A stretch of DNA of 64,000 nt. Source: Malacoraja senta (Eukaryota). Positions 52,088 to 64,000 of the stretch are shown in pieces. The position numbers and the translations under genes are program-made. The notes under the pieces were generated by a model. That model worked only from the letters and a program-made list of their open reading frames with translations. It ran no database searches and was not told where the DNA came from. The stretch lies in contig CM075988.1 in NCBI GenBank assembly GCA_038087875.1, forward strand, positions 10,604,001 to 10,668,000, given 5' to 3'. Position 1 is the stretch's first letter; every line of letters begins with the position of its first letter.

Positions 52088-52394
52088 TTAGTTTCTATAA
52101 AGTCAGATGCTTCAATTTAAACAATGTAAATGTAATGTTACTCCATTATTTTATCTCCCAGCTTTTTTCAGAGCATCCTTTCACTTTTGCATTACATTTA
52201 AATGAACTGGGGTTTCACAAGAAGCAGCATTCTGTTACATCCTGCTACTCAGCCCATGATTGAAATTAAACTGTAGGTGTATGCTGATTATTTTGAGCCA
52301 ACAATCTTGCCGTATCTTTCCAAGTCACATATCATTCTGATATTGACTTACCGTACAATAGCATTTCTTCAACGCTGATCATTCAAAATCCTTG

Positions 52395-53290
52395 CAGAAA
52401 ACAGACATACTACCCTTGACCATGACCTCGCAGACGAACACCAGGCCATCACCTCCATACTGTTTCTGATCTCATCACTTTTGGCAACCTCCCTTCCATA
52501 GCCTCCAACCATATTATTCCCCGGCCTAGCACTGCCCACTTCTCTCTCCTTCCCAAAATTAACAAACAGAACTGCCCTGGCAGACCCATTGTTTCTGCCT
52601 GTTTCTGCTCCATAGAACTCATCTCCAAATTCCTAGATTCCATCTCCTTCTGACCTGTATCCAGGACACCTTACATGCCCTTCAACTCTTCATAACTTTC
52701 AATTTCTAGGCCCTCATTACCTCATGTTTTCCATGAACGTCCAGTCCTTTACACTTCCACCCCCCACAAGGAAGGTACCAAGGCCCTCCAGTTCTTCCTT
52801 GAACAGAGACCCAATCAATTTTCTTCCACTAACACTCTTCTTAGCCTGACAGAACCTGTCCTCACATTTCCAACTTTAGGTAGCTACCAACCACCCCCTT
52901 CCCCACTCCAGCTTTCTTTCCCACTCTCTCTCCCCTGTGCCCCACCTGGACTTGCACCTATTTCAGACCTCCCCCACCCCTTCCATCTACATTCCTTCCT
53001 CTTGCTTCACAATTCGCAATTCTTCCATCCTTTTGTCTCACATCTTTGGTCCTTTCATCTCTGGCCTTTGTCCAACCTTCTGCCTATCAAACCCTCCTTT
53101 GCCAATATCCACCTGACACTCGGCAGGCTATGTCCTGCCCTGCTCCATTCCAGCTTTCTCCCTCCCACCCCCCACCACAATTAGTCTGAATTAGGGACCC
53201 AATCTGAAATGTCATCCATCCATTTTCTTTAAAGATGTTGCCTGACCCGTTGAGTTACTCCAGCACTTTGTGTTGTTCCTTGTTTCTGCA
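52395..53290 (+). mobile_element. Degenerate Penelope fragments (RT N-terminal part plus 3' UTR)
   Basis: LLPKINKQNCPGRPIVSAC motif typical of Penelope RT, then the 3' UTR and terminal motif. Confidence 0.75.
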
Positions 53291-54004
53291 AAATCCTTTT
53301 CAGGATTATCCTTGGTAAGATCACCACACAGACTACCACAACTCCACATCTTCTTAAGGACAAATGGTCTGGATAATAAACAGTGATGTTGACACATGGA
53401 ACTGCAGATGCTTGTTCACAAAAAATGTCGGCAGATATTATTATTTTTGTCAGGAAATCTTTTATTTATTTTTAAGTAGAGTATGCCAAGATTTATTGTC
53501 CATCATTAATGCCCATGAGTTAACTCAGAGGGCAATTAATGCTCAACCACGTTGCTCAGTATGCAGTCAAATTAACCCATCAGAAAATAGCTGCACATTT
53601 TCTCACAGAAATTATTCAAATACATTTTTACAATCCTATAGATTTAAGGACAGCATTGGTGACGCTATCTTTTAATTCAACATTTATTTTTCTGCCCAAT
53701 GGATTTCAGCGTTTGACTTTAATTTCCAAGCTTGCATTGTGGGACTTGAACTCGTGTCACCTGTCAACATGGCAGCCCTTGGCACGTTACTTCCAGCAAT
53801 GTCCAGGTTACATCCCTACGATTTTCCAGACTAAAGAACAGGACCAGTATGAGCTATCTGTCGCTCACAGGATTCTTGGAGAAAGGGTGAATTTGGGGCA
53901 CATCACAAAGATAAGCTCAACCGATACCACTCAAAGCCAGGATTTTCTACAGGTGTGTATCTGTCCAGGTACTCTGAGCATCCTAACAGGTTGAGTGATT
54001 TTAT

Positions 54005-54495
54005 TTTATTTGGTTGAATTAAAGATATGGCTTGGAACCAGGCCTTTCACCTCATAGAGTCCACACTGACCATCAATCACCCATACACACTAGTGTTATC
54101 TCACTTTTGCATCCATTCCAGTACACTTGGGATCATTTACAAAGCCTATTAACCTTTACATCCGCACGTCTTTGTTTTTGTTTTCACTTAGAGATACAGC
54201 ATGTAAACAAGCCCTTTGGCCCACCATGACCACGCCGACTCTCTGTCACCCCTTCACACATGTTCAATGTTATCTTAATTTCTCACCCCCTACACACCAG
54301 GGTTTCAATTTACAAAGGCCAATTTACAAAGGGATCTACAATCCCTCAAACCATCTTTACGATGCGAGAGGAAACCCACGCCATCTCAGGGCTAATGCGC
54401 AAAGTCCACACATACAGCACCCGAGGTCAGGATCAAACCTGGGTCTCTGGTGCTGTGAGACAGCTGCTCCACCAGCAGAGCCTCTGTGCCAATGG
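54005..54495 (-). mobile_element. Two tandem HE1-type SINE pieces
   Basis: Two successive 3' segments starting at ~54010 and ~54180. Confidence 0.7.
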
Positions 54496-55934
54496 TGGAG
54501 ACTCAGTCATTGATTGATATTGAGATTGATAGATTTCTGAATTCAAATCATCCAGGAACCACAATGGAAAAGCTGCCTTTGTGGATATAAATGTTTGTGC
54601 ATTTCAAGTGAAGTCATTGATGAAGCACAATGAGAAAAGCTGAAGTACTGACACGGGTGATGGGTCAATTATCAACCTACTGCATTGCAGTTCTATAAGA
54701 ATCAACATTATACTTCAACATCAAGACTAGACGTTGATGGACAAATTTAATGGATACCCTTAAGCCATAAGACTGTCCATCCCATGACTGCATCTTCTTG
54801 GAAAGAATCATTGAATTGTTACTTAATTGATTTGGGAGCATAATATTTTTTTCAACAATGCAAACCAATGTTACTGTATTATAAAGCAGGAATTTTTGCT
54901 GTGAGACTGCTGAAAAGGGTCATGCAGTCTCAAATCAATTAAAGAGATTTGATCACACTGAAAAATGTGGTGTGAAATGGCTATATGCTGAGACCCTAGC
55001 CTATTCCCATTCACATGAGAAATTTGTATGAGCATTTTTTTACAGAGGGTTTGAAAACACTTATCGCATAATACGGGGAGTCTGACAGACCAACTGAAAG
55101 GTGATAATTGCCTTTAACCACAGCTGGGGCCATTGCACAGTCGGCTTCACATGGTGGACTAGAAATAACGAGATGCCAACAATAAGCTTAAAGTGGAAGC
55201 ACCCTGTGCAAGTGGGAAAAGATGACCAAATTGAACTGAAATCAAATTAGTTACAAGAGGTTGCTGAAAAGGTGAGTGTCAGAGTAATGCCATTGTATTG
55301 TTGTCTCATCAGCCCAAGTAGTTTAACCATTTAATATGCCGATCCGGGTCAGTGTGCCCATCAACAGACCCCCATCTCCTAACTACTTCACTGTGGCTGT
55401 CTTCCAAAACTCTGCACCACTCATTGAATAATCATCTGCTATCATTCATTTTAGAGCACCTCGATGGTGGAACAGGAGGGGGATGGTGGCTGGCCAGCAG
55501 ATGGAGCACCATAACAGCCGAGAATATGGAAAAAGCCTGCAGTGGGGAGAGACACTCAATTGTTGTGGAGTCCATGCCGATGGAAACAGGTCTCTCTCTG
55601 CCAGGATCCCTGTGGTGGCTATCTGTGCACCAGCCTCCCTACATCTAAAGATGCCAAGCACAATTTTCCAATAGGAGGAACATTACTACTTATAAAGTCT
55701 GTGGCAAGGTAGTGCAGTACCAAGGGGAGCATTGTATGTCCAACGCAGCTTGTAAACTCCATCCCAAGGAGGACAAGTAAAAAGTAGGCACTACGGAATA
55801 CAGTTAACAATTTGTTAATAATTCCATGTCTTTGTTGACATTGAACATATTAAATATTTTGGTAATCGCTATTAGTGGTCAGGATTTGTATTTGCGGTGA
55901 ATGATGAGTGTTTGGTGGGACGTTCCCACAGAGA

Positions 55935-57120
55935 TTCTCCACTGTTATCAGGCTTCTGAAATCGTCCTTCCATAAGCTAAGGTATAAAAGCATTCACCTC
56001 TACTCCATTGTGGACATTGGGCTTTGTCTATGGAACTTTACTCATACTATACTCATTGCTGCGTAGCCGGACATAGTGCAAACTCCATCATCAAGTTCGC
56101 CGACGACACCACTGTTGTGGGACAAATCACTGATGGGGACAAGTCAGAGTATAGAAGTGAGATAGACCGATTGACCAAATGGTGCCAGCACAATAACCTG
56201 GCTCTCAACACCAGCAAAACCAAGGAACTGATTGTGGACTTTGGAAGGGGTAGGATAAGGACCCACAATCCTGTTTACATCAACGGGACGATGGTGGAAA
56301 GGGTCAAGAACTTCAAATTCCTGGGCGTGCACATTTCCGAAGAACTTTCCTGGTCCCAGCACACTGATGCAATTATAAAGGAAGCACATCAGCACCTCTA
56401 CTTCCTGAGAAGACTACGGAGAGTCGGTATGTCAAAGAGGATTCTCTCGAACTTCTACAGGTGCACAGTAGAGAGCATGCTGACTGGTTGCATCGTAGCT
56501 TGGTTTGGCAACTTGAGCGTCCAGGAGCGGAAAAGGATGCAGAAAGTTGTAACCACTGCCCTGTCCATCATCGGCTCTGACCTCCCCACCATCGAAGGGA
56601 TCTATCGCAGTCGCTGCCTCAAAAAGGCAGCTAACATCATCAAGGACCCACACCATCCTGGCCACGCACCCATCTCTCCGCTACCATCGGGCAAAAGGTA
56701 CAGGAGCCTGAAATCTGTTACATCCAGGTTCAGGAACAGTTGCTTCCCCACAGCCATCAGGCTATTATACTCGCCAACAAACAGACTCTGAACTGTAAAA
56801 GCCTATTGCACTTATTTATGTATATCTGCTTATTTATGTGTATATTGAACTGAACTGTTCTGTATTTTTGCTTACAATATTCTGTTGTGCTGCAGCAAGC
56901 AATAATTTCATTCTCCTATCTGGGGCACATGACAATAAACTCTCTTGACTTGACCTGGGTGCTGCAATGCTGAGAACTATATTCTGCACTTAGTTTCTTC
57001 CCCTTTATTGTACTTAAGCTTGAAATTATGGCATTTTTGTATAGTATATCTATTTGGGGAGCATGCAAAACAAGGATTTTCACTTTACCTTGGTACATGT
57101 GACAATAATAAGCATGAAAC
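55935..57120 (+). mobile_element. Older Rex1-like 3' end, split by the nested Rex1 copy
   Basis: 55935-56036 and 56956-57120 read as one continuous LINE 3' UTR ending gtacatgtgacaataat. Confidence 0.6.
56037..56955 (+). mobile_element. Rex1/Babar-clade LINE, 5'-truncated, open RT C-terminal frame
   Basis: IIKFADDTTVVG...NNLALNTSKTKELIVDF...FYRCTVESMLTGCI...LPSGKRYRS, stop at 56791, then 3' tail with caataaa and (CTTGA)n. Confidence 0.92.
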
Positions 57121-57904
57121 CTGATTCAAGTTTCTCTTTCCACAGTCATGGAAGATTGGAGCTGGCAGAAGGTAAACACACATTGAAATACCCAAATTGT
57201 CTTTGACTCCCTGCCATCCAAACCTGATTGTGCATGCACTGATGGATCTTACACAATATTGATAGGTTGTCAACTCCAATGAAGTGAATGAGTGAGTATA
57301 TGAAATGCACATACCACGTTAATATGGTACACTCCTTACAGTATATCATGCCGATGCTTTGCTAACTAACGGATTGCTTCCTTCGTCCTTCAAAATCTCA
57401 GAGTTTGAGCTTTACTTTGCTGACAAGGATATCGGGTTGATTTACACATCGCGGATGCATTATGGCTGTGGTGGCCCACTGAGAAAGTTCAGGGTGGTTG
57501 TAAGTGTGATACCTTGCATTAAATGAATCAAATCTTCAGTGACTTTGAGAGGCAGGTCGGGGACCACTGCAACAAAATGTGGCAATCATTCATGGCTTTC
57601 TGTGAAGCTGGAAGGAGTACCTTGTGGCAGACTAAAGGGTTCTTGCATAACCGAGTGACTGAATGGCTGGCCCACCGTTGTTCGTGGCCACTGGTTAACT
57701 TGCGGATACAGTGAAAGACTGATGGTAAAGATGACGACTGCCAAGAGGAAATTATTATGGGTTTTATGGCACAATGTTAACTTGTCAATTATTGTCACAA
57801 CTCTGCTGGCAAGGTATTGTTGCATGGAGACACAGAATACCTCTTCATGTGAGCCCACATTGGACAGTAAGGGGTCAGAATCTGAACCCCACAGTGATAA
57901 AATG

Positions 57905-58460
57905 AACCTGTAGAGAATATCCAGAAACGACTACCCTTGCCAATGGCTGCCCTCTTCCATTTTTTTCCTTCTTCTCATTCTTCATCCTCTTTCTCCTCCT
58001 TCTCTTGCTCCACCTCCGACTGATGCTGCAGATGGCAAAGCTTGTGTTCTCAGAGAGCAGAATCATGGAGAATACAACATATCATCAAACAAGAGATGTT
58101 TAAGAAAGAAATGGAGATGCTGGAAAAATCGAAGGTAGACAAAAATGCTGGAGAAACTCAGCGAGTGAGGCAGCATCTATGGAGAGAAGGAATAGGCAAC
58201 GCTTCTTCAGACTGATGTTGGGGGGGTGGGTAAAAGTATGGAAGATGTGGAGACAGTAGGCTTGTGGGAGAGCTGGGAAGGGGGTGGGGAAGGGGTTGGA
58301 GAAGGGGGTGGGGAAGGAGGGAGAAGCAAGGACTATCTGCAATTAGAGAAGTCAATGTTCATACTGCTGGGGTGTAAACTACCCAAGCGAAATATGAGGT
58401 GCTGTTCAGACTTTCTTTGTAAAATACTGGAGAAATCTCTGTTTAAGGACTTTGTATTAT
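57905..58460 (-). pseudogene. Decayed PIF/Harbinger transposase C-terminal remnant, interrupted by the Penelope fragment
   Basis: Minus strand reads VLKQRFLQYFTKKV, then the insertion, then LMICCILHDSAL* and an acidic EVEQEKEEKEDEE run. This resembles the Harbinger/HARBI1 pattern LLKxRF...LQY.PEKV...ACCVLHN.AL plus acidic tail. Confidence 0.45.
58101..58406 (-). mobile_element. Penelope 3' fragment
   Basis: Reverse complement encodes EQHLIFRLGSLHPSSMNIDF, followed by the terminal motif. Confidence 0.75.
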
Positions 58461-58614
58461 TTTGCAGTTCCATATTCAGTTTGTATTAATTTTATCTGGC
58501 ACTATGGTGGACTGTTGCAGAAGAAATGGATGGATACTGATAGATACACGTGTTAGACCTTATTCCTTGAAATTTTCCTTGAGGATCCACAAAACTGCCT
58601 TCATTAACAAGTTG

Positions 58615-59375
58615 GTAGTTGAGAATTAATTACTTCAAGTTCCTGGATGTGCATATCTCTGAAGATCTGTTCTGGTCCCAACAAATTTATATTATCAGAA
58701 AGAAAGCACATCAAATTTATGCAATCATAAAGAAAACTCTTCAATACCTCTACTTCTTTAGAAGATTGTAAATAAGCAAACTGTACAATCTGGAGTTCAA
58801 GATCATCTTTAATCGGTACACATAGTATACACAGCAGGTTGTTAGTTGTTAGTTCATCGTTACTGCTTCCAGGACTGACCAATATAGGAAGTGGGTGTTA
58901 GTATGAATCATACAGTAAGGTGGGGTTAGTGATGCTATTTCTACTATCATTGGTTCACATGCAATAACCAATCTACAAAGATTAAAGGAGATTTTGATAT
59001 GTTGATGAATACTTTAGTGAACTTTTAAATGTATACGGTAGAGAGCAAATTGATTGGTGTGCAACATGGCTTTGTTTGGCAACTTGAACTCCCAGGAACG
59101 AAAGAGATTGCAAAAAGTGATCAACACTATCATGACTGTGGTCAACACTGACTTCTTACCATTGAAGGGACCTATTAGAGGCGCTGTAGAAAAAAAAGAG
59201 GCAGCCAGCATCTTTAAGGATCTACCATCAGGAAGGCATAGGAGTCTGAAAAAATGTAACATCCCGGTTCAGAAACAGCTTCTTCTTATTGTCTATCAGG
59301 CTGTCGAACAATACGAACTTCAAACCTGTTATGCTGCTGGTGTGAGTAAGAATTTTATTGTTCAATTTCGGGGCT
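58615..59375 (+). mobile_element. Degenerate Rex1-like fragments
   Basis: FKFLDVHISEDLFWSQ and FGNLNSQERKRLQKV homology to 56037-56791. Confidence 0.75.
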
Positions 59376-60005
59376 TTGTGAATCACACTCAAAATTGAGC
59401 AAAACATTAAAAAATACGTCGCACGTAGAAATCCTGCATTCAGGAATAACATCTCCACATGGAGGACTTTCTGGTGCTACATTGTGTGATTAGTTCCTGG
59501 GGGTCTCTCACCCTGGTTGCCGTAGATCAGCATGCTGTCAGTTTGTTAGCTTCATTCGCAGGTTGTTCTCTCCAATTATACTGAGACTTTTGTGTCCACA
59601 CAACATACAATTCATGTCACATCTGGAGGAAGGACACATTATAATTGGGCGACTAGAATGAAGCCAAGCAGCAAGGTTAATTTGTTGGGTAATTTTATTC
59701 GCAGATGTGGATTCTTTGACTATTTTTGCAACATGTGGTAACTGCTCAGTTAAGCCTAAATTAGATGTTTGAATATCTTCCATTCAAGTTGTTTCAATAA
59801 TACAAGGTGTTATATGCACACAGCAATGTGTTGCACAAACTGAGCTCTATTGCACTTTCAAATATATCTTCAAATCTAGTCAATACCAATATCATTTGTA
59901 GATTCTCGAGCGTTTTTAAAAATTAAACACGCACTTTTAGAGTCGTGAGAGCAAAGGTGGATAAGGTAAGGGTACAGACACAGCCAATGTATGCTGGAAG
60001 AAGCA

Positions 60006-60325
60006 TTTAGTTTAGTTTAGTTTAGTATAGAGGTACAATGTGGAAACAGGCCTTTTGACCCACTAAGTCCGTGCCGACCAGAGATCCCCATGCACTAGCG
60101 CTATCTTACATACTAGGGTCAATTTACAATTTTCCTGAAACCAATTAACCTACAAACTTGTATGTCTTTGAAGTGTGGGAGGAAAGCGGAGCACCCTTGG
60201 GAAAACCTATGCAGGTCACAGGGAGAATATACAAGCTCTTTATTGATAGTACCCGTCGTCAGGATCAAACCCGGGTCTCAGGCACTGTAAAAGGCATCAA
60301 CTTTACCGCTGCGCCATCGTGCTGC
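60006..60325 (-). mobile_element. HE1-type SINE
   Basis: Consensus match, (TTTAG)n tail. Confidence 0.85.
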
Positions 60326-62051
60326 CCAATTCTTCAATTAGTATGAAATGAGGCATTTCTTCAATTAAGACTAACGAAGATTGCTCAATCGGGAAGTCGC
60401 TGACCACTTCAAGAGTATATAGAGAACATTCACAATCCACAGATTGATTACACAACCTCCAATCTTAATGTACTCTGTTGATCCAGCTTTGCAAGTTTTC
60501 AGCTATGGAAGAACTGGAGTGGAAGTAAGTCATGCTCAATCCCAAGGAACAATTGAAGAAGAAACAAAATACCATTTTGTATGTGTAATCTAAAATAAAG
60601 AAAGGAAGCAATATTTAATGTTGGCTTTGTCTAACTCACAGCTTGAATTTACAAGCTACAAACTCTACCAAATGGCAGTGGGAATTAACAAGAACTATAG
60701 TTACTTAATGTTACCAATAAATAACATTAAAATCAGAAACCCCACTGGGAGTGCTTGAAGTTTATCCTTAACGGAGAATGAACAAATGAATTACGGGAAG
60801 ACACAAAATGCTGGAGTAACTCAGCGGGACAGATGAATTACAGTTCCATCTTACCAACTAATTCATAACCACAGCCTATAGATTAGCTCTCATAAATTGG
60901 CTCAGCTACTCAGTGGTTTACTTATGGTTCGGGGAGTATTGTTAAAAATGGCTTTGATGCTGAAATTAATGTTACTCAGGTCTTTCGAAATAAATGTTGC
61001 AACTTCTATCAGACAGGTACTCTATCGACAGATACTGCCCACTTGCTGAGTATTCCCAGAATTTTCTTTTTTTATATTTCAGATTTCTGGCAATTTGTGT
61101 TCTGCATATTACAGTTCCATGCAGTCGTTGTTTTGGTATCATTCAGTCTGCCCATACAGATCTCCCTCAAAAGTATCTGGAACATCTCCAGCATCTCATC
61201 CCTGGTTTGTTTCAACCGTATCTGCTTGGCCCCAAATGAGTGGAAGTCCAAAAGAGTTGAGTCACAAAAAATGGCGAGTCAGCAATTCCCTTTGAAGCCA
61301 CCCAGCTGTCTGTCAGGGTGATCATGTCCATTCTCCACCCTTCCACTTTATCTCCAAACAAAGGATGGTCCTTTGTAAGGTCCATCACAGCAAAGGACCA
61401 GTTATGATGGAATTATTACAACTCCATAACTTGATCCACAAATCTATCAATTTCAATATCATTCAATAACCGAGTCTCCACTAGCATGGCCACATTGGCC
61501 CAGTTTGATCATGACCTTGGGTACTGTTGTGTGGAGTTCTCGCCGTGATCATGTGGATTTCTTCTGGGTGTTCCAGGTTTCCTCGCACATCAAAAGACGA
61601 GTAGATTTATACGTTAATTGGCCATTGCAAATTGCACCTAGTGTGTAGGGAGCAGATGTAATAGAAGGATAACATAGAACTAAGATGAACAGGTGATTGA
61701 TTGAGTGTTTCCATGTGGTATCTCTAAAGTAATTAAACCTAGTTTAACGGTCTCCAACGAAGCATGACCTATCCTCGATGCCTGATGTAGTATGAAACAA
61801 GGTTGACAACTTTAACCATGCAAACTTATTTCTATTCCAACAAAGGATCTACCACCTGAAACAATAACTCTACTTCTCCTTTCACAAGTGCTGTCCAGTA
61901 TGCTAAACATTTCCAATATTTTCTGCTTTCATTTCAGATATAAAGCCTCTCAATTTTGTTATGGATTTCCACTAACTTATTTCCCTTTGGACTGAGCTTA
62001 TATCTTGAACGCTGGGGTCCAAGTAATACTGTATATAATATTGAGTGTCAC

Positions 62052-63112
62052 TTTTCACAATGGCAGGCAGTGACTAGTGGGGTACCGCAAGGCTCAGTGC
62101 TGGGACCCCAGCTATTTACAATTTATATTAATGAACTGGATGAGGGAATTGAAGGCAACATCTCCAAGTTTGCGGATGACACTAAGCTGGGGGGCGGTGT
62201 TAGCTGTGAGGAGGATGCTAGGAGACTGCAAGGTGACTTGGATAGGCTGGGTGAGTGGGCAAATGTTTGGCAGATGCAGTATAATGTGGATAAATGTGAG
62301 GTTATCCACTTTGGTGGCAAAAACAGGAAAGCAGACTATTATCTAAATGGTGGCCGATTAGGAAATGGGGAGATGCAGCGAGACCTGGGTGTCATGGTAC
62401 ACCGGTCATTGAAAGTATGCATGCAGGTGCAGCAGGCAGTGAAGAAAGCGAATGGTATGTTAGCTTTCATAGCAAAAGGATTTGAGTATAGGAGCAGGGA
62501 GGTTCTACTGCAGTTGTACAGGGTCTTGGTGAGACCACACCTGGAGTATTGCGTACAGTTTTGGTCTCCAAATCTGAGGAAGGACATTATAGCCATAGAG
62601 GGAGTGCAGAGAAGGTTCACCAGACTGATTCCTGGGATGTCAGGACTTTCATATGAAGAAAGACTGGATAGACTTGGCTTATACTCGCTAGAATTTAGGA
62701 GATTGAGAGGGGATCTTATAGAAACGTACAAAATTCTTATGGGGTTGGACAGGCTAGATGCAGGAAGATTGTTCCCGATGTTGGGGAAGTCCAGGACAAG
62801 GGGTCACAGCTTAAGGATAAGGGGGAAATCCTTTAAGACCGAGATGAGGAAAAACTTTTTCACACAGAGAGTGGTGAATCTCTGGAACTCTCTGCCACAG
62901 AGGGTAGTTGAGGCCAGTTCATTGGCTATATGTAAGAGGGAGTTAGATGTGGCCCTTGTGGCTAAAGGGATCAGGGGGTATGGAGAGAAGGCAGGTACGG
63001 GATACTGAGTTGGATGATCAGCCATGATCATAGTGAATGGCGGTGCAGGCTCGAAGGGCCGAATGGCCTACTCCTGCACCTATTTTCTATGTATCTATGT
63101 AATCTATGTATG
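62052..63112 (+). mobile_element. Young 5'-truncated CR1/HER1 LINE with open RT C-terminal frame
   Basis: SGVPQGSVLGP, SKFADDTK and RPHLEYCVQFWSP in one frame to the stop at 63008, then the 3' UTR and (CTATGT..)n tail. Confidence 0.95.
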
Positions 63113-63774
63113 TACCTTACATTCATGAGTAAATGTTTGGAAGTTCTGTGCAGATATTTTAAAATCTCAAAGGTAAAAGGGACAATTTTAAACAAATAAG
63201 CTATTATGATTTATGATTTATACAGTCAAAAACAAAGCCAATAAGCATAGGATTAATGTATGTTCTTTTAAATGCAAAAGGGAAATGAAAGAGTTTATAC
63301 ATGCTCTACTTCACAGCTCATTCGTCTTCTAAATAGATATTTCAGTTTAATAAATATGAACATTTCCACACAGAAATTGGGACTATATTTCTGCAGTTTA
63401 AACTATTTTTTGAAAGAAAAAAGAATGCAATAAATTGTCAGTAATGCTTCGAAAAAAAATAATAATAATACATTGACTGTAATGTTTCAAAACAACAGCA
63501 AGTTTTAATCGGGAAAAGGTTTCTAGGCATTAAGATGGATCACCACAGATTGTTCACGGAGGTTGCAGGTAAGCCTCAACAAAAAACGCATGGATTTTAA
63601 TGATGCTATTCACAAACCTGGCATTTTTCAAGATGCCTGACAGCCAAAGCAGTATTTCTGACATTAAAGATTGCAAATGCAGGATACCTTGCAGCTAATG
63701 TATGCAGAGCTGGATTTCACAAACAGCAATATGATAATGACCAAATAATGTGTTTTCTTTTAGTGCTGTCGGTT

Positions 63775-63975
63775 GAAAGAAACATATTGCCCAAGGCACT
63801 GGGAAGAACTCCCTATTGATTCTTCAAAATTGGGAAATGGGTTTAGCTACATTTACGTAAGAGGCAGTAAAGGGGGCTTAAGTTTATCATCTCACCTGAA
63901 AACCACCTCCTCCAACAGTGCAGCGCTCCCTCAACACTCCTCGAACCTCCAGACTGAGCCTCAGATGGACAACCT
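63775..63975 (-). mobile_element. Ancient Deu-domain SINE remnant
   Basis: ggcactgggaagaactccc...cacctcctccaacagtgcagcgctccctca motif. Confidence 0.6.
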
Positions 63976-64000
63976 TCCAAAGGTAAGAGTATCCCAATGA

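Noticed and set aside
61366..61430. Two adjacent short hairpins as an ncRNA
   Set aside because: 10-bp and imperfect stems with no box motifs; compatible with chance.
61956..62051. N-terminus of the 350-aa ORF as a real protein start
   Set aside because: It is flanking read-through; CR1 homology starts at ~62052.

Overview
Repeat-dense vertebrate genomic DNA, almost certainly from a cartilaginous fish (skate or ray), judging by the HE1-type SINEs, CR1/HER1 LINEs and Deu-domain SINE remnants. I see no intact host gene, so the window looks intergenic or intronic. Most long ORFs are retroelement pieces: CR1/HER1, Rex1/Babar, Penelope RT plus GIY-YIG, a HERO-like restriction-like-endonuclease LINE end, and an ERV-L-like RNase H/integrase fragment. 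The standout is a ~3.4 kb segment (47550-50971) bounded by ~45-bp terminal inverted repeats (TIRs) related to those of two PIF/Harbinger-type MITEs elsewhere in the window. It carries a decayed, 5'-truncated copy of the Zic5 terminal coding exon (zinc fingers 4-5 and C-terminus) plus its 3' region, so it is a candidate gene-capturing 'Pack'-type DNA transposon. Other points of interest are the class III (ERV-L-like) pol relic, hammerhead core motifs in Penelope termini and in the HERO 3' UTR (in non-canonical order), a 38-bp palindromic insertion with an 8-bp target-site duplication (TSD), and a decayed Harbinger transposase remnant. Family names come from my recall of motifs, not database searches, and repeat boundaries are approximate unless TIR/TSD positions are given.
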